From positions 32,800,001-32,864,000 of the forward strand of contig NC_087251.1 of NCBI RefSeq assembly GCF_037042905.1: a stretch of DNA of 64,000 nt, given 5' to 3'. The notes beneath the pieces are model-generated. The model worked only from the letters and a program-made list of their open reading frames with translations. It did no database searches and was not told where the DNA came from. Source of the DNA: Lytechinus pictus (Eukaryota). The position numbers were made by a program, and so were the translations under genes. The stretch's first letter is position 1. Every line of letters begins with the position of its first letter. Shown piece after piece: positions 48,984-62,374 of the stretch.

Positions 48984-51029
48984 GATGATATCTTATCTCT
49001 TCTCTCTTCCTAAGAATAACCTGTGAAAAATAACATAACTGCAAATGTTAACTGATACCCCTTTTCCCCCACAGGCAAAAATTTTCTAAACTCTTTACTA
49101 TAAGTAGGGCTAGAAGGCAAGTAAGCCCCACCAATCTTATTAAAATGTGATAAATCTAGTCCTAGATCTATCAAATTTCGACAAGATTGATAGTAACATC
49201 GGCCAGTAGGATTTGTAGTAGTGATTTTCCAGGAAATTTTGAATACATGAGATACAAGAGATGCCACGTTCAAAGACCAGTGATGCCTGCAAGTTGGACG
49301 CAGGAGATTATTAGGCAGGGATCTGAAACTCAGTGTGAGATCAGTCCAGGCATTATGTTTAATGTAGCCTATAAGAGGAAAGCCTGTGATGTATGCATAA
49401 GTAAAGATTAGGGGGGATGATACCTCTGGTGATGCTTTGTGTACGCTACACTCATGAACCATGAGGTCGAGTCCATAGAAACTGGACCGTCGATTTACAA
49501 CTTGTATGACCTTTTTTAGAAATACCGTTAAGTACAATTGATGATAAATATCACACATGTACTCTAGCGATAAGCAACCATGGTTTTATCAGTTTCGAAA
49601 TTGATGGTTTAAATTACCCATACACATTCCTTCACACGTAAATTCACTGATTATGAAACATCACTATTGCAATTATGCGAATGTGATGTGAATTTATAAC
49701 GTGTGTACTAATGGATTCAACCTGATCTGATGGTTTTTGTAGTGTCAAGGATAGAGACAGTGATTTTCCGTTTCAAAAAATTGTGTTTTCCGTTTCTGAA
49801 AATTTGTAATTCCGTTTCAACTTGATCTAAAAATAGAAATTCCGTTTTGTCACTGAAAATGTACACAGCATAAACCTGAATTCCATTTTGCAAAGGTGAA
49901 TTTCATGAATTTTTTTGAACAACCGTGGCCGACAACTGAAAAGCAGGCCTAGATCTACACAAAAACTGAATAATATATTTAAAAAATAATCTGCTTTTCA
50001 GATCCTAAAATAAACTTGTCGATTATTTCGTCCACGATTTCTTCCCGGGATTTCTTTGACTCACTCACTACTACTAGTGCGCTATACATGTATATACGAT
50101 ACGACCTCAACTCGAGGCCCAATCTCTTTTGTGGGAAGCGCGAAGATGTTTACTTTGCATTTGCGTATCGCATTGCTCACATTATTTACGTCTTTAAAAT
50201 GGTTGTAAATACGCTCAAAAACAAGTGAGGGGAGAGGGGTATCGTGGGTTACTGGCTTGGGCAATGTAATTTAGATTATTACGAATTTCAGTTGATGTTG
50301 TCACAAAATAAAGTGTGTCAAAATTACTATAAAAATTCGATCGAAATATAATTTCATCTCGTCCCAGGCCCCAGCCTTTATAGCTACATCTACATGAATT
50401 CATTGAATGCATTCTGATGACACTGCCGTAGAGTGAATTGAGAAAACTATTCAAAGATCACATTAATAATGACAAAGCAAATGGAATGGATTGATATAAT
50501 GTCCAACTCATTTACTTACATCAAAATGATTTATTCACATTTAAATTCCGATTTTACTCCATTATTTCCAAAGTCTTGATCTCTAAATCGATCTTTTGAA
50601 ACTGTTGATTAATTGTCTACCAAGTTCTGTGCCACTGCACTTGCGCTCGCAACGGTCACATTCATAATACAAATCGCACATGGCATCAAAATCCTTGATC
50701 CGGGGATCCAATAGTCTTCCGAAATTAGATGGGATCCAAAACTAATTTAATTTGATTTTTTCATATATTCATTGAATCTGTTATAATTTTCATAATTAAT
50801 AATCTTTATTAATATTATTCACATTTTTTATCATTACGACTCATTTTTTAATGTGAGTTATACGTACAGTGTATTTTCATTTGTATTGTTCTTTATTACT
50901 CTTTGCCTGCCAATTAAATATTTTTAGTCATCACAGTGAATGCTTTATGAATTTGTTGTACAATTGCTTAACTACGATTTAAAATAAAATATCATTTGAA
51001 ATTAATTTGTGTAAAGGAAAACAGGAGAA

Positions 51030-51930
51030 TAATGGGAGGTGGCCGTGGGCAATGTAGATGAAAATGATGGGATGTTTGTGACTTTGTGGGGAGGGATTGT
51101 TCGTAGCGAATGAAATTGATATTCATTTATGGATGTGTCTACTGTGATTGTGGCTGCATAATCTTTATGGCGATTGGAAAATCCACCTTGGGTCGGGAGG
51201 GGTACGTGATTCAATAGATTTTGATAGAAGTACACATTCAACAAAGTGGAATTGGCAATTCATTCACAGATATTCCTTTCAAGTACGAATTATTGAAGTT
51301 GATATGTGTGAACGTTTTAGAGGATATCGGATATGTATATAGTTTTTTCACGCCCACAATGAGTTGCTAGTATAATTTGAATATCATTGGATGAATTTTT
51401 CAAGTTCACTTATGTCTTTATGTTTTATATCGGAATTGTGCTTTTAATATAGGAGTTATATCTTGACAACGTCGTTAGCGTAATTATACTGCGAGTGGAT
51501 GATATTTATGAAATGAGTTGGAATGTGAATGAGACGCTATTCTGTTGTTTGAGTGCGAATCAGCTGATTTCGTGACCTCAAAAACTCTTCATGGTGTTTA
51601 CGCTGGATGGGGGCTATAAAATTAAGAAGATCTTTCTCTTTTATTCATTTTTAATAAACTGTTCGTTATTTTCAAACTACACCTATAGTGATATTGTGAT
51701 GCAATTTATTGAATCACGTACCTCGATCATCCCACTCATGGTGGAAGAAAATATTTTTTAAATTCACCAAAATATACATGTGAAGAAAGATTATTCGGCC
51801 TTCATCATCGGTAGAAGTATAGACACGTCTATAAAAATATATTCGCTTCGAATATTGACTTCTTCACCAATCCCACACACACGATCTCAACATCCCCTTG
51901 TCATTGTCCACGCCACGACCCCTCCCCTAT
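51030..51930. repeat. Old degenerate inverted repeat (foldback element)
   Basis: For example GTACGTGATTCAATA (51202) vs TATTGAATCACGTAC (51707), and GATGTGTCTA vs TAGACACGTC. Confidence 0.5.
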
Positions 51931-52414
51931 CGCTGTCTCACTTCAACCATCCTACAACCCCACCCCTCTTCCTCTCCTTCACACACGCTGTATTTGTAGG
52001 CCTACATAATGTATTATGTAAAAATAGAAATCTTATTTCCTGTCAATTAACCTATACTTTAAAAACATTTTAAATCGCACTTAAGAACAACAAATTCGTA
52101 ATATTAGAGTATTATGAATGACTAAAAATATTTCTCACGCTCATAATGAAGCACAGCACATTCATTATTTTATAGGTGAGTAACGAAAAATACAAATGAA
52201 CACAGCAATAATTGACAGCGATAAAATAATCTCGATTGGAAATTATTAGTATAAACATCATCAACAGAAGTCTTATGAGAGTTATAGTTTCAGTGAGTTT
52301 CGAATAAACCAAACAAAAACCATGCAAATTATATAAGTTGGGGACCCCGTCTCATGAATACCGATGCCCATTATTTGGAAGCCTCGGAAGAAAACTTCCG
52401 AGGCTTCCAAATAA

Positions 52415-52565
52415 TACCTCGGTCACATTTGCTCTACGGCGAGTCGAAAACAGCCGTTTTATTCATTTTTATTCAAACCACCTTTATTCAGCTGGTACAA
52501 AAAATGTTAAAACGGCTGTTTTCGACTCGCCGTACGGCCGCCGTAGAACAAATGTGACCGAGGTA
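52415..52565. mobile_element. Palindromic MITE, same family as 958-1121
   Basis: Same TIRs, TAA/TAA flanks. Confidence 0.85.
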
Positions 52566-53030
52566 TAAAGTCGCGCCGCCAATCGTCAGAGTGAACCTGG
52601 CGAGAACGTTGAACACCTGCCTAACAATGCATATGTCTCACGTGCCTAATACCCCTCACAATGTGTGCTTGATTTGACTCCTGACGTGCCTTATATTAGG
52701 TGCAATAGGATCAAATCCTACGAAAATACAAAGTGGCGAAGGCAAGTCACAAATTAAGAGAGGTTTTTGGTGTCTTTTTTTTTAGGGGGGGGGGCTGGAC
52801 GGGAGAAATCTTCCCTTTTAATGGAGGGGAGAGGGGACATATGGAAGTCTATCTGTAACCTCTCATTGGCAAATATTTTTCATTCTCAAAACCCCTCCTG
52901 GCCAAAGAGTCAAGTAGTCTAACATGATGATCACGAATCATGCGAGTCACATAGGATGGACACAGTAAAGTAACTTAAGTGATTGTATTACAGACCAGCC
53001 TTGCAATACTGAACACACGCATTTACAGAT

Positions 53031-53073
53031 CACTCCTGAAGACGGACAGTCAACCTGCCCGAAACGACGAGTG
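53031..53073 (+). ncRNA. Minimal type-I hammerhead ribozyme motif of a Penelope-like element (probably inactive)
   Basis: CACTC-CTGAAGA-C-GGACAG-TCAAC-CTGCCC-GAAA-CGAC-GAGTG: stem I, catalytic core, stem II and GAAA are present, but U16.1 is mutated to A. Confidence 0.7.
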
Positions 53074-53799
53074 TCTCTAAAGAGTCTCTCTACTACTCAT
53101 CATCTCTACTCGCCGACTCAAGCCAGCATCTCCTCACTAGCTCTACTACTCAAGCTGTTCTCAACTCATCAATCTTTCCTGGTTTACAGTCCTTTTCAGG
53201 ACTACTTTCAAGAAAGAATACTCTACTCTCAAATCTCCACTTTCTCGCCTATCCATTTCTTCTCTTCTCCTATCCACTGTTTCTACAACACTTCACATGG
53301 TGTACCGTAAACCACATCAGCGATTGTACATACCACCATGCAAACCTTCAAACAACATCTTAATACAAATTGGATGGTAAAAATTTTGGTATGAATTAGT
53401 TCTTAACATCATAAATGATCTTTTACAATGTTTAAAAGTTAATGGATTGAGGTTAAACTTACATTTTCAGTCTTTTTTCTTGAATTCTTGGTGAGCGTTC
53501 CAAACGCTGTGAGGACTGATCAACTCCGATGTGATTCACGTACTGGTCAGCTGATCGGTCAGGTGATCGGTTGGTTATCTTTTTGTCAGACGTTCATAAT
53601 TTATATTACAATATATCACAGAACAAAGAATTGATAAATGTCCATATAGACCCCCGAGATAAGATTTATAAACCACTTCAATGAATATAACATCTCTGTT
53701 ATGCCCCTGCACAGACTCGTCTACATTGATTTCGATATTTATAAAGCGTCATTATAAAATTATAACAAAATGAACGCCTTGATTAAAGGCCATAAAGCC

Positions 53800-53936
53800 C
53801 AGAGACTCGCGAGCGTCATGTAACAACTCGCCCTGGATTTGCATGTACAGGATCCTATGGCGACAACAGCCGCCGCAAGAGTTGGCCAGATGAGGCGATG
53901 AAAACACAAAATTTGGAAAGAAAAGAACCGGTGAGT
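53800..53936 (+). promoter_or_regulatory. Candidate promoter/first exon of an unidentified + strand gene
   Basis: Locally CpG-rich, CTCGCGAG palindrome, ATTTGCAT octamer, ATGGCG, strong donor CCG|GTGAGT at 53931. Confidence 0.45.
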
Positions 53937-55085
53937 ACCCATTTTACATCATAATTAGTCAATTAGTATATAATAAATAAGTTAGACCTAAATTTAGGCC
54001 GTAATTTAGAGGAATGGGCTGGAAATTCAAGGCCAAAACGTACCCGTCTGGCGTCGCCTTTTCCAACACGCGTTGGAATAGCGGTGTCGCCTAGGCTAGA
54101 GTGGTTCCAAGGACCCGTTTTCACAAACATTTGTAGTTCCGACGACCCTCCTTTTTACATTAATAAGTCCGCTCCAAGGCCCCCGGTTTTTGTCTCGCCC
54201 GCGGCACATACCTACCACTTTTTTTGTCAATTACCCCCCCCCCCCCCCCGGGCTCCCCTCACTGATCACTGGCTCCAGGGCCAGGCTAGCCACATCCACA
54301 CCACGCATATCAGCGGCACGCATTCACGGCATTGACATTCGATTTTAGGACCAAATGACACGGACACCACAGGCACAGAGTCAGTGCACAGAATCGACAG
54401 TCAATCCACTCACACACAAGTGAGCACTCGCCACACTTAACAGTCAAAATCTAATTCTAATAAAGAAATATTTTACCTTCTTTGTATGTCTTTGGTTACA
54501 CAATTTTCCGTGGAATATGAAGAAATGACGGAATATGCATTTGGTCAATGCAAATAAGGTATAAGTTTGTAACAATTAAACAGACTCGTCGCGACATCGA
54601 CACTAATAAAAAACTGTGCACCGGTATGTATTGGTTAAGTATGATATGGTAGCTGCAACGGAAAAAAGACCGAAAGCACCATGTTTGCCAATAATCATAT
54701 ATTCAATTCAATTCAATTCAATTCAATTCATTTCAAATATGCCAAGCTTCATGGGGAATATTCAAACTCACGACAAAAAAAAAAGAATTACAAGAGAGAG
54801 AGAAAGTGGAGGAAGTATTGAGAAAGAAGAAAACAGAAAAATAGAAAACGTTTTATGTACAAGTTGGACTGCTCTTGATTACTTTTAATTACCGTATATT
54901 CTTGCCAAATACTGTTTATTTTGCAATTACATCTTTATATGGTCATGACTAACCAAACATGTATAGCCTTCAGAATAATTGCCTTACGGTTTACAAATTA
55001 TATTTAAATGATGAATAAGTATGCATATGGATATATATGGATTGATTTTTTTTTCTCCCAAACTCACCCAAAATCACATTCCATC

Positions 55086-56535
55086 CAGGCGCGTAGCCAG
55101 GGGGGGGGCGGTGGGGGCGGTCGCCCCCCCCCCAAAACGTCCCCAAAAAGAAAAAAGAGAAGGGAAAAAAGAGAGGAAAAAAGGAAAAGGGAAGGGAGGA
55201 AAGGGAAGAAAGGTAGCTTTGTCGGGTTTTTTTTCTTTTTATTCTTTATTTTTTTTCTCAAAAGAGAAACTCCTTCACTCTTGCTTTAAATTTATATATG
55301 AATTTTGCTTCCGCGCTGCGCGCGATTGAATGACAATATTGAAGTTCTCAATTGTTTCCCCACCCTTTCTCTAACTCTGCTTTTTCACCTCAGCTATATG
55401 TGTTTCTTGCCAGTTAAAGTTCAAATGTATAGATTAGGGCATGGAATTAGAGTAAGGTTAGGCCGAAGTATATGAAGTTATCTTTTTTTTTATTGATCGC
55501 GCAACTTCTGGTCGGGTCGGCTCCGGGCGGGTAAAATCTTTATATCAATTTCTGCCGTCACCTCCATAAAGTCAACTTCTCCCGCTTTTCAGGTCATTAC
55601 TAAACAACCATAATTTGGGGCAAACAGGTTCCTAATTTAAAAAGAGGAATGTATAAAATTCGTGTCGTATTAAATAAAAAAGTACAATATTTTTTTCAAA
55701 TTCTATTAATCTTCATGTTATTTCCCTGCACATTCATCTCCTGTCCTGTTTTGCGCCCTCAGTTTGAAATTTTGAATGACACTTAGGTTTCTTTATAATT
55801 CAAAATGAAGCGCTTCAGGATAAGTCAAAGAAATTAGGCATCCTTTTTTATATTATTTTAATAAATCACAGAAGTTTCAACTTTTTGCGCACTATTTTCC
55901 TTGTAATGAAGTTCAATAATCTTAGGAAATCAATTGAATTAGAGCCGATAGGGTATTAGATATATCTGCATTTGATGAAACGTCCGCCCTTTGAAATTTC
56001 AGAGTTTTATTGCTCTGCGCGGGGAGGAATATCTTCCTCCCGGCATATACACTTCTTCTCCTCTGTTTTGCGAGTTAAAGATATGCACTGTCGCTAAATT
56101 GTTTGTAATCAAATCTGATATTTCCAAGGGAAGTATTCAATATATCTTTGAGAATACCCTTTTCTCGGGACCCTTTTCATGGAAAAAAAATCGATAAAAC
56201 GCTTTAGCTTCCGCGCTTCGCGCGGGGTTATAATGATTTTAATTTCCTCCATTGTATTCCTTTTTGTGCGTTCACAATCACTTTTGAAAACAAGGTTCAA
56301 AATCACAATAAAGTCAACTGAATTGGAGCTGATATAGGTACTAGAGACAAGAGAGACGGCTCCTTTTCATTTTAATTTATGAAACACCAAAAGCTTCGCG
56401 CTTCGCAAGGGAGGGGGAAACTCCCCCTCCCTGCACCCACCCCCTAGGGAGCGCGCTTCGCGCGCTCTGTAAGTGTTGGCACGCTTCGCGTGCATTTACC
56501 GCCCCCTCCAAAATGAAATCCTGGCTACGCGGTTG
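55086..56535. mobile_element. Non-autonomous DNA transposon (hAT-like ends) with GCGCTTCGCGC motifs
   Basis: CAGGCGCGTAGCCAGG / CCTGGCTACGCGGTTG termini; no clear TSD. Confidence 0.65.
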
Positions 56536-57934
56536 CCTACAAGGGCTTGTCTCCCAAAGTAGGTAGGATTTAAAGGCGTCTTGTCTCCGGGAAAGATTGA
56601 GACTTCACTGACGTTGATGTTCACATCAACGGGACAGACGTATCCCCATACTCCGGTACGGGTGTAGGATTGGAGCTGTGATTTTCCTCATTTCTTTCTC
56701 TGCATGTCATCTCCATCCTACTTGCATACAAGTAGGCCTATACAACATATTTTAAGTAAAAGCCCTGGTTTTAAATTGTGAGACACACCTACTCGACTTT
56801 AAATCCTAGTAGATATCCTAATATAAAAAAAGAAAAGAGAGAAAGAAAGAAGAAAAAAAGGAGAAAAAAAAACTGAGGAAAAAAAAAGACATAGAAGGGA
56901 AAAAGAAGAAAGAAAGGAAACAGAAATAAATATTTGAATTTTACTTTATTCAATTACTTTTTTCAAAGAAATAATAATATATAATAATAATATAATATTT
57001 ATGATGGCGAAAATAGTTAAAATTGACTGGTTGCCAAATAAAAATAAGAACCCCCCAATAAACATTTCGACATGAATTTAGGATATACTAAAGTTAGGTG
57101 GAGTATCTCTGGCATCTCTAAATCACCGGGCTGAATCAGAGGTAGAGCATGAACAGAATAAAGGGAAATAGGTTGTGAAGTATTATGCTGGATTCATTCT
57201 GGTATGCAATTAGTAAATAAATTAACGAATACAATAAAAGTAGTTAAGAAACAAACAACAGAGAAAGCCAAAGAAAAATGAAAAGAAAGAAACTGGAAAG
57301 AAAGAAAGAGGGGGAGGAGACAAAAAAATACGCGTCAATCAATTATTATGTCTCTTTAATGTTTTTATTTTTTATCGGATATTTAAGGCTTTATATTTTG
57401 AGAAATATATAAGGCTGTAATTTCGACATCGGGGGGGGGGGGGGGGGGGCTTACCTTTTGGGGAGGGGCCATGTCACAAGCATTTGGCTGCAGCTTGTAA
57501 GAATACTAAGACATGCACTTGACCTTTAAAATTTTATTCGATATTCACTGTGCTTTTCATTTGTAGTGATCATAGAAGATCCATTTCGGATTGTCTCCAA
57601 CAAAAATTGAGAACTTGACACTAAAAAAAATAATGAAATTCATCGGCCCGATCTACTTCATCAGGGAGGAATTCACACGATCACTCACAATTATATTTGC
57701 ATACCGCCCAGTCAATCTATAGGGAGTTTATTGTTCAAACATCTAAATATACAGAAATTGTTGTCACAATGGAACAAGAGAAACCAAGTGATCTTCAAGC
57801 ACTAGCATTTGCTTATATTGCTTATAATTATTCAATAAAAATGCATTGAGAGTTTCATCTCACCAATCACGCCTTGGCGTGAATGCCAGGAGTGAACACA
57901 TTAATATTCACCTAGGGCTTCTGTGCAAAAATTG

Positions 57935-58625
57935 ATAATAATAATAATAATAATAATAATAATTGGATTTATATAGCGCTTTTTCCAGAGGATACAAAGC
58001 GCTGTTGATTGCATAAGACAAGTTAAGGTTTATGGTTATATAAGTGTGTTTTGAGATATTTTTTGAAGAAGAGAGGTTTCGAAGAGATGGAGGGAGTTTG
58101 TTCCACAGACGGGGGGCAAGAGATTGAAAGGAGTTGAAACCGGCCTGTTTTCTGGATTTTGGAATGACATAGGAAGGAGCAGCTGCAGAACGAAGAGAGT
58201 ATGTATAGATCTTTGTTGATGAAATAACGAAGAAATGTAAGAAGGTAGTGTGGTTGACAGAGATTTATAGGTTTGAACAAGTATTCGATAATGTGTTCTA
58301 TCAGAAACAGGTAGCCAATGTAGTTCATTTAGAAGAGGGTATAGCATGACACCATTTAGGTTTTTGACAGATTAATCGTGCACATTTGTTTTGAAGGCGT
58401 TGAAGTCTTCCAAGATCCTGTTTACTATTACCCCCAAGCAATTAAGCAATCACCATAGTCGAGCCTGGAAAGCACAAGAGCCCTAACAACATTATGACAC
58501 GTGTCCTTATCCAGGAAACTTCTAATGCGATTGAGATTATATATTTGACAATTTATTGAGAGTGCGACACAAGTATGTTACATGTTCGGTCATTGACTGC
58601 AAGATAGGATGCAGTTGCATTGAAA
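57935..58625 (-). mobile_element. L2-clade LINE 3' fragment (decayed RT C-terminal region)
   Basis: Minus frames give SRLDYG, RLQRLQNKCARLI, LNELHWLPVSDR and KKYLKTHLY, then a 3' stem-loop AGCGCTTT..AAAGCGCT and an (ATT)n tail. Confidence 0.85.
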
Positions 58626-58795
58626 TTGAAGAATGATTATTGGCTTGCCGTTATGGTTATTCATGATGAAATAAAATTTTACAAAAAATAGGCCTATTAC
58701 TAGCTAGCTACATTTCGAGGACCCCATATGCAGTTCGCACTGGCAAGCTTCCGAACTTTTGTGGGTTATCCTCTTCAAGCCTTCTGATTCAGAGA

Positions 58796-59045
<250 letters not shown>

Positions 59046-59122
59046 CGTAAAAAAATATGCTCTCTTATATGAATACAAGATGTCGTGAACACATAGCCAA
59101 TATTATAAGCCTGATAAGCATA

Positions 59123-60113
59123 CAGTGCGTCTAAAAAAAAACCTATATATATGGAAAGCCAATAAATTAAACTTTCAAATGACACCAAAAAGTTGGAAAA
59201 CTATTCATGCTTGAGTGAGCACTACCCACTTAAACAAAGTATATATATGAAAATTAGGGTGGGCAGAAATTAGCCTTCCAATTTCTTTCAGTTTTTAAGA
59301 GGCGAGTCCCTTGGAACTTGCAAAGTTGAGGGTGTTGTGATAAATTAATGATCAATTTAAATTGTTTGAGCAAATTTCATGAATTACTAAATTGAAATTG
59401 CATGCATGAGTGAGTGTCAGTTGTAATCTTTAGTGCAGCATTTTAACTTTTTATCATGTGGATCTCAGCAGTGTGTTCATTGAAGTAAGGAGAATAGGGG
59501 TGAGATAGGACTTAAGTGGGTGGAGTAAGCTAATGGGTTAAAGGTCAACAGAATGTTTAGCCTCCCTTAGATCGAGACTGAATGCTATTACATGTACGCA
59601 TAAAGTCCAGAGCGGACTGTCAATTTGATAACTTTTGAGAATTCGGTCATCAACTTTTACCATTTGATCAACAATTTGTTAGTAAATCAATGTGATCAAT
59701 TAAACATTCAGCTTTTTCAATAAATTATCAATCAATTATTCAGCTTTTTCAATGAATTCATAAATCATCATAATTAGTAAATTTCTTAGAATCATTCAAT
59801 GGAAAATAAAAGACCCATCAACCATCAGTCACTTAGCATTTAAGTTTTGAATACTATGATCCAGGAGAAAGAAAGAAAGAGGGGGTGAAGGGGAGGGAAT
59901 TTGTAAGAAAAAACAAAGAAGAAGAACGCCCTTCTAACTGTTTAACCCAGTCTTACCCTATCTGACCCCCCTTGCATGCAACAGGTACCATCACATTACT
60001 CTGACTCTCACAAGCACACTTGCTAACATCCACATAACTAAACTTAAAATACTACACTAAAATTAAAATTCCTGTTTACGCATGCACTGCATTTCAATTT
60101 AGTAACTCATGAA
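59123..60113 (-). mobile_element. Truncated inverted copy of the 60544-62361 element
   Basis: Starts TA-CAGTGCGT and is collinear with the reverse complement of about 61234-62361. Confidence 0.8.
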
Positions 60114-60322
60114 GAATTCCTTGAAGAATTCCATCAAGTTTCAGAGAAAGATGTTCGCAAGATTATTAAATCTAAGAAGGTGAAAACTTGTGTACTTGAC
60201 CCTGTTCCTGCATGTGTCTTTAGCGGATGCCTTAATACTCTTCTTCCTGCCATCACAGATATGGCAAATCAGAGTCTTATGTCTGCCAATTTTCCAACTT
60301 CACTCAAATCTGCAGTTGTTAC
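60114..60322 (+). mobile_element. L2/CR1 LINE ORF2 fragment (region just before RT domain 1)
   Basis: FHQVSEKDVRKIIKSKKVKTCVLDPVPACVFSGCLNTLLPAITDMANQSLMSANFPTSLKSAVVT. Confidence 0.8.
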
Positions 60323-60543
60323 CAGGGACCTGGGAACGATTTTTTCAGTGGGGGTGCTGAAATCTCTCCTCAAAGGTGGGGGGGGGGGGGAGGGGACCCA
60401 ATTGAATTTTCCATAATTACACACACACACACCTCTAATGGCACCACACACACACCCAACCCCCCCCCCCCCACATATATATATATATACATATATATGA
60501 CAGTCACTTCTTAGGTTTCTTCTTATAAAAGAACAAAGATATA

Positions 60544-62361
60544 CAGTGCGTCCCAAAAAAAAACTATACACTTTTGAAATGGTTGCCAAATAAAAAATGT
60601 AGCACTTTGGGGAAAACAATATACATATATGGAAAGCCTATAAAGTCAACTTTCAAATGACACCAAAAAGTTGGAAAACTATTCATGCTTAAGCGAGCAC
60701 TGCCCACTTAAACAAAGGGTATGAAAATTAGGGTGGGCCGGAATTAGCTTTCCAATTTCTTTCAGGTTTTTTTGTTTGGTACTTGCAAAGTTGAGGGTTA
60801 TTTGTGAATTAAAGATCAGATGTGATCAGTTTGTTGTTTGTGAAAATTTAACGCGTTATTAAATTGAAATTTAATGCATGAGTGATCATGATTTGCAAAT
60901 TTTAGTGCAGCATTTTGTCTTTATCATGTGGATCTCAACAGTGTGTTCATGAGAGTCAGGAGAAGAGGGGGGGGGGGGGGTAGGTGAAGCAAGGAGATAT
61001 CACCTACTCCTCGGGTGAAGTACGTTGATGGGATAAAGGTCAACAGAACATTTAGCAACTCCTCCCTCCATCTCTACCCCCCCCCACTTCTCTCCTCCTG
61101 AGAGACTAAGCTTGGCTAGGCTGTACAGAAATTAGCCTTACAGTTTTTTTTAGAGGTTAGTCCTTTGGAAGTTACAAAGCTAAGGGTGTTATGCAATTTA
61201 TGAGTGAGATACGTTTTGGTTTCTTAGGCAAATTTCATGAGTTACTAAATTGAAATGTAATGCATGACTGAACAGGAATTGTAATTTTAGTGTAGCATAT
61301 TCATCTCGTGGACCTCAGAAGTGTGTTCGTGAGAGTCACTAATGTGATGGTACCTGTTACAAGCAACAGGGCGGGATATGCTAAGACTTGGTTAAAAGGG
61401 CATTCCTCTTTTGTTTGTCCTTTTACAAATTAAAAAAATCATATGTACCCTCCCCTCTCCACCTCCCACCCCCCTCTCTCTCTCTCTGTCTCACTTCCTG
61501 GATTGTAGCCTATTCAAAACTTAACTGCCGCCAAGTGACCGGTGGCTGAGTTTTTTTTATTGAATGATTACCAAGAAATTTAATGATTATGATGATTAAT
61601 GAAGTAATTTATTGAAAAAAACTGAATGTTTGATTGATCACATTGCACATTGAATGAGTTGATTTACTGATAAATTGTTGATTAAATGATCGATAGGAAA
61701 AAGTTGATGCCCCAATTCAGAATTAATAATCAAATCATCATTCTGCTCTGGACTACATGCGTACATGACAATAGCCATCAGTCTCTCAACAGAAGGGGAT
61801 GGCGGGAAAGAGGGAGGGGGTGGGAGCTGAATGTTCTGTTGACCCTTATTCCATTAACCTACTTCTCCCACTTAAGTCCTATCTCATCCCCTATTCTCCC
61901 GACTCCCATAAACACATTGCTGAGATCCACATGATAAAGTTGAAATGCTGCCCAAAAAGAGATCCAAATGATAAAGTTGAAATGCTGCCCAAAAAGTGTA
62001 ATTTATGTTCACTCATGCATTAAAGTTAAATTTAATAATAAAAAAATGCTTAAGCAACCAAAACTGGTCACGGTAGATCATTCATTTATCACAACGCCCT
62101 TAACTTTGCAAGTTCGAAAGGATTTGCCTCTCAAAAACTGACATAAATTGGAAGGCTAATTCCAGCCCACCCTAATTTTCATACCCTTTGTTTCAGTGGG
62201 CAGTGCTCGCTCAAGCATGAATAGTTTTCCAACTTTTTGGTGTCATTTGAAAGTTGACTTTAATGGCTTTCCATATATGTATATTGTTTTCCCCAAAGTG
62301 CTACATTTTTTTATTTGGCAGCCATTTCAAAAGTGTATAGTTTTTTTTTTGGGACGCACTG
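60544..62361. mobile_element. Tc1/mariner-like non-autonomous foldback element, TA TSD, long TIRs
   Basis: TA-CAGTGCGTCCCAAAAAAAA...TTTTTTTTGGGACGCACTG-TA with near-perfect arms of about 200 bp and longer degenerate arms. Confidence 0.88.
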
Positions 62362-62374
62362 TATAATTAGATAA

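Noticed and set aside
49010..49558. 182-aa minus-strand ORF upstream of the CCNK start
   Set aside because: No recognisable domain, non-ATG-like context, and it runs through the acceptor of the first coding exon. Most likely a chance intronic ORF.
53857..53930. SETD3 as the divergent neighbour of CCNK (as recalled for human)
   Set aside because: The short peptides here do not resemble SETD3 and no SET-domain exons are visible in the window.
56536..56680. Minus frame containing GVWGYVC (SRCR-like) that could rejoin a GTGAGT donor near 55066 across the transposon
   Set aside because: The remaining SRCR cysteines and motifs are absent, the acceptor is poor, and no TSD confirms the join.
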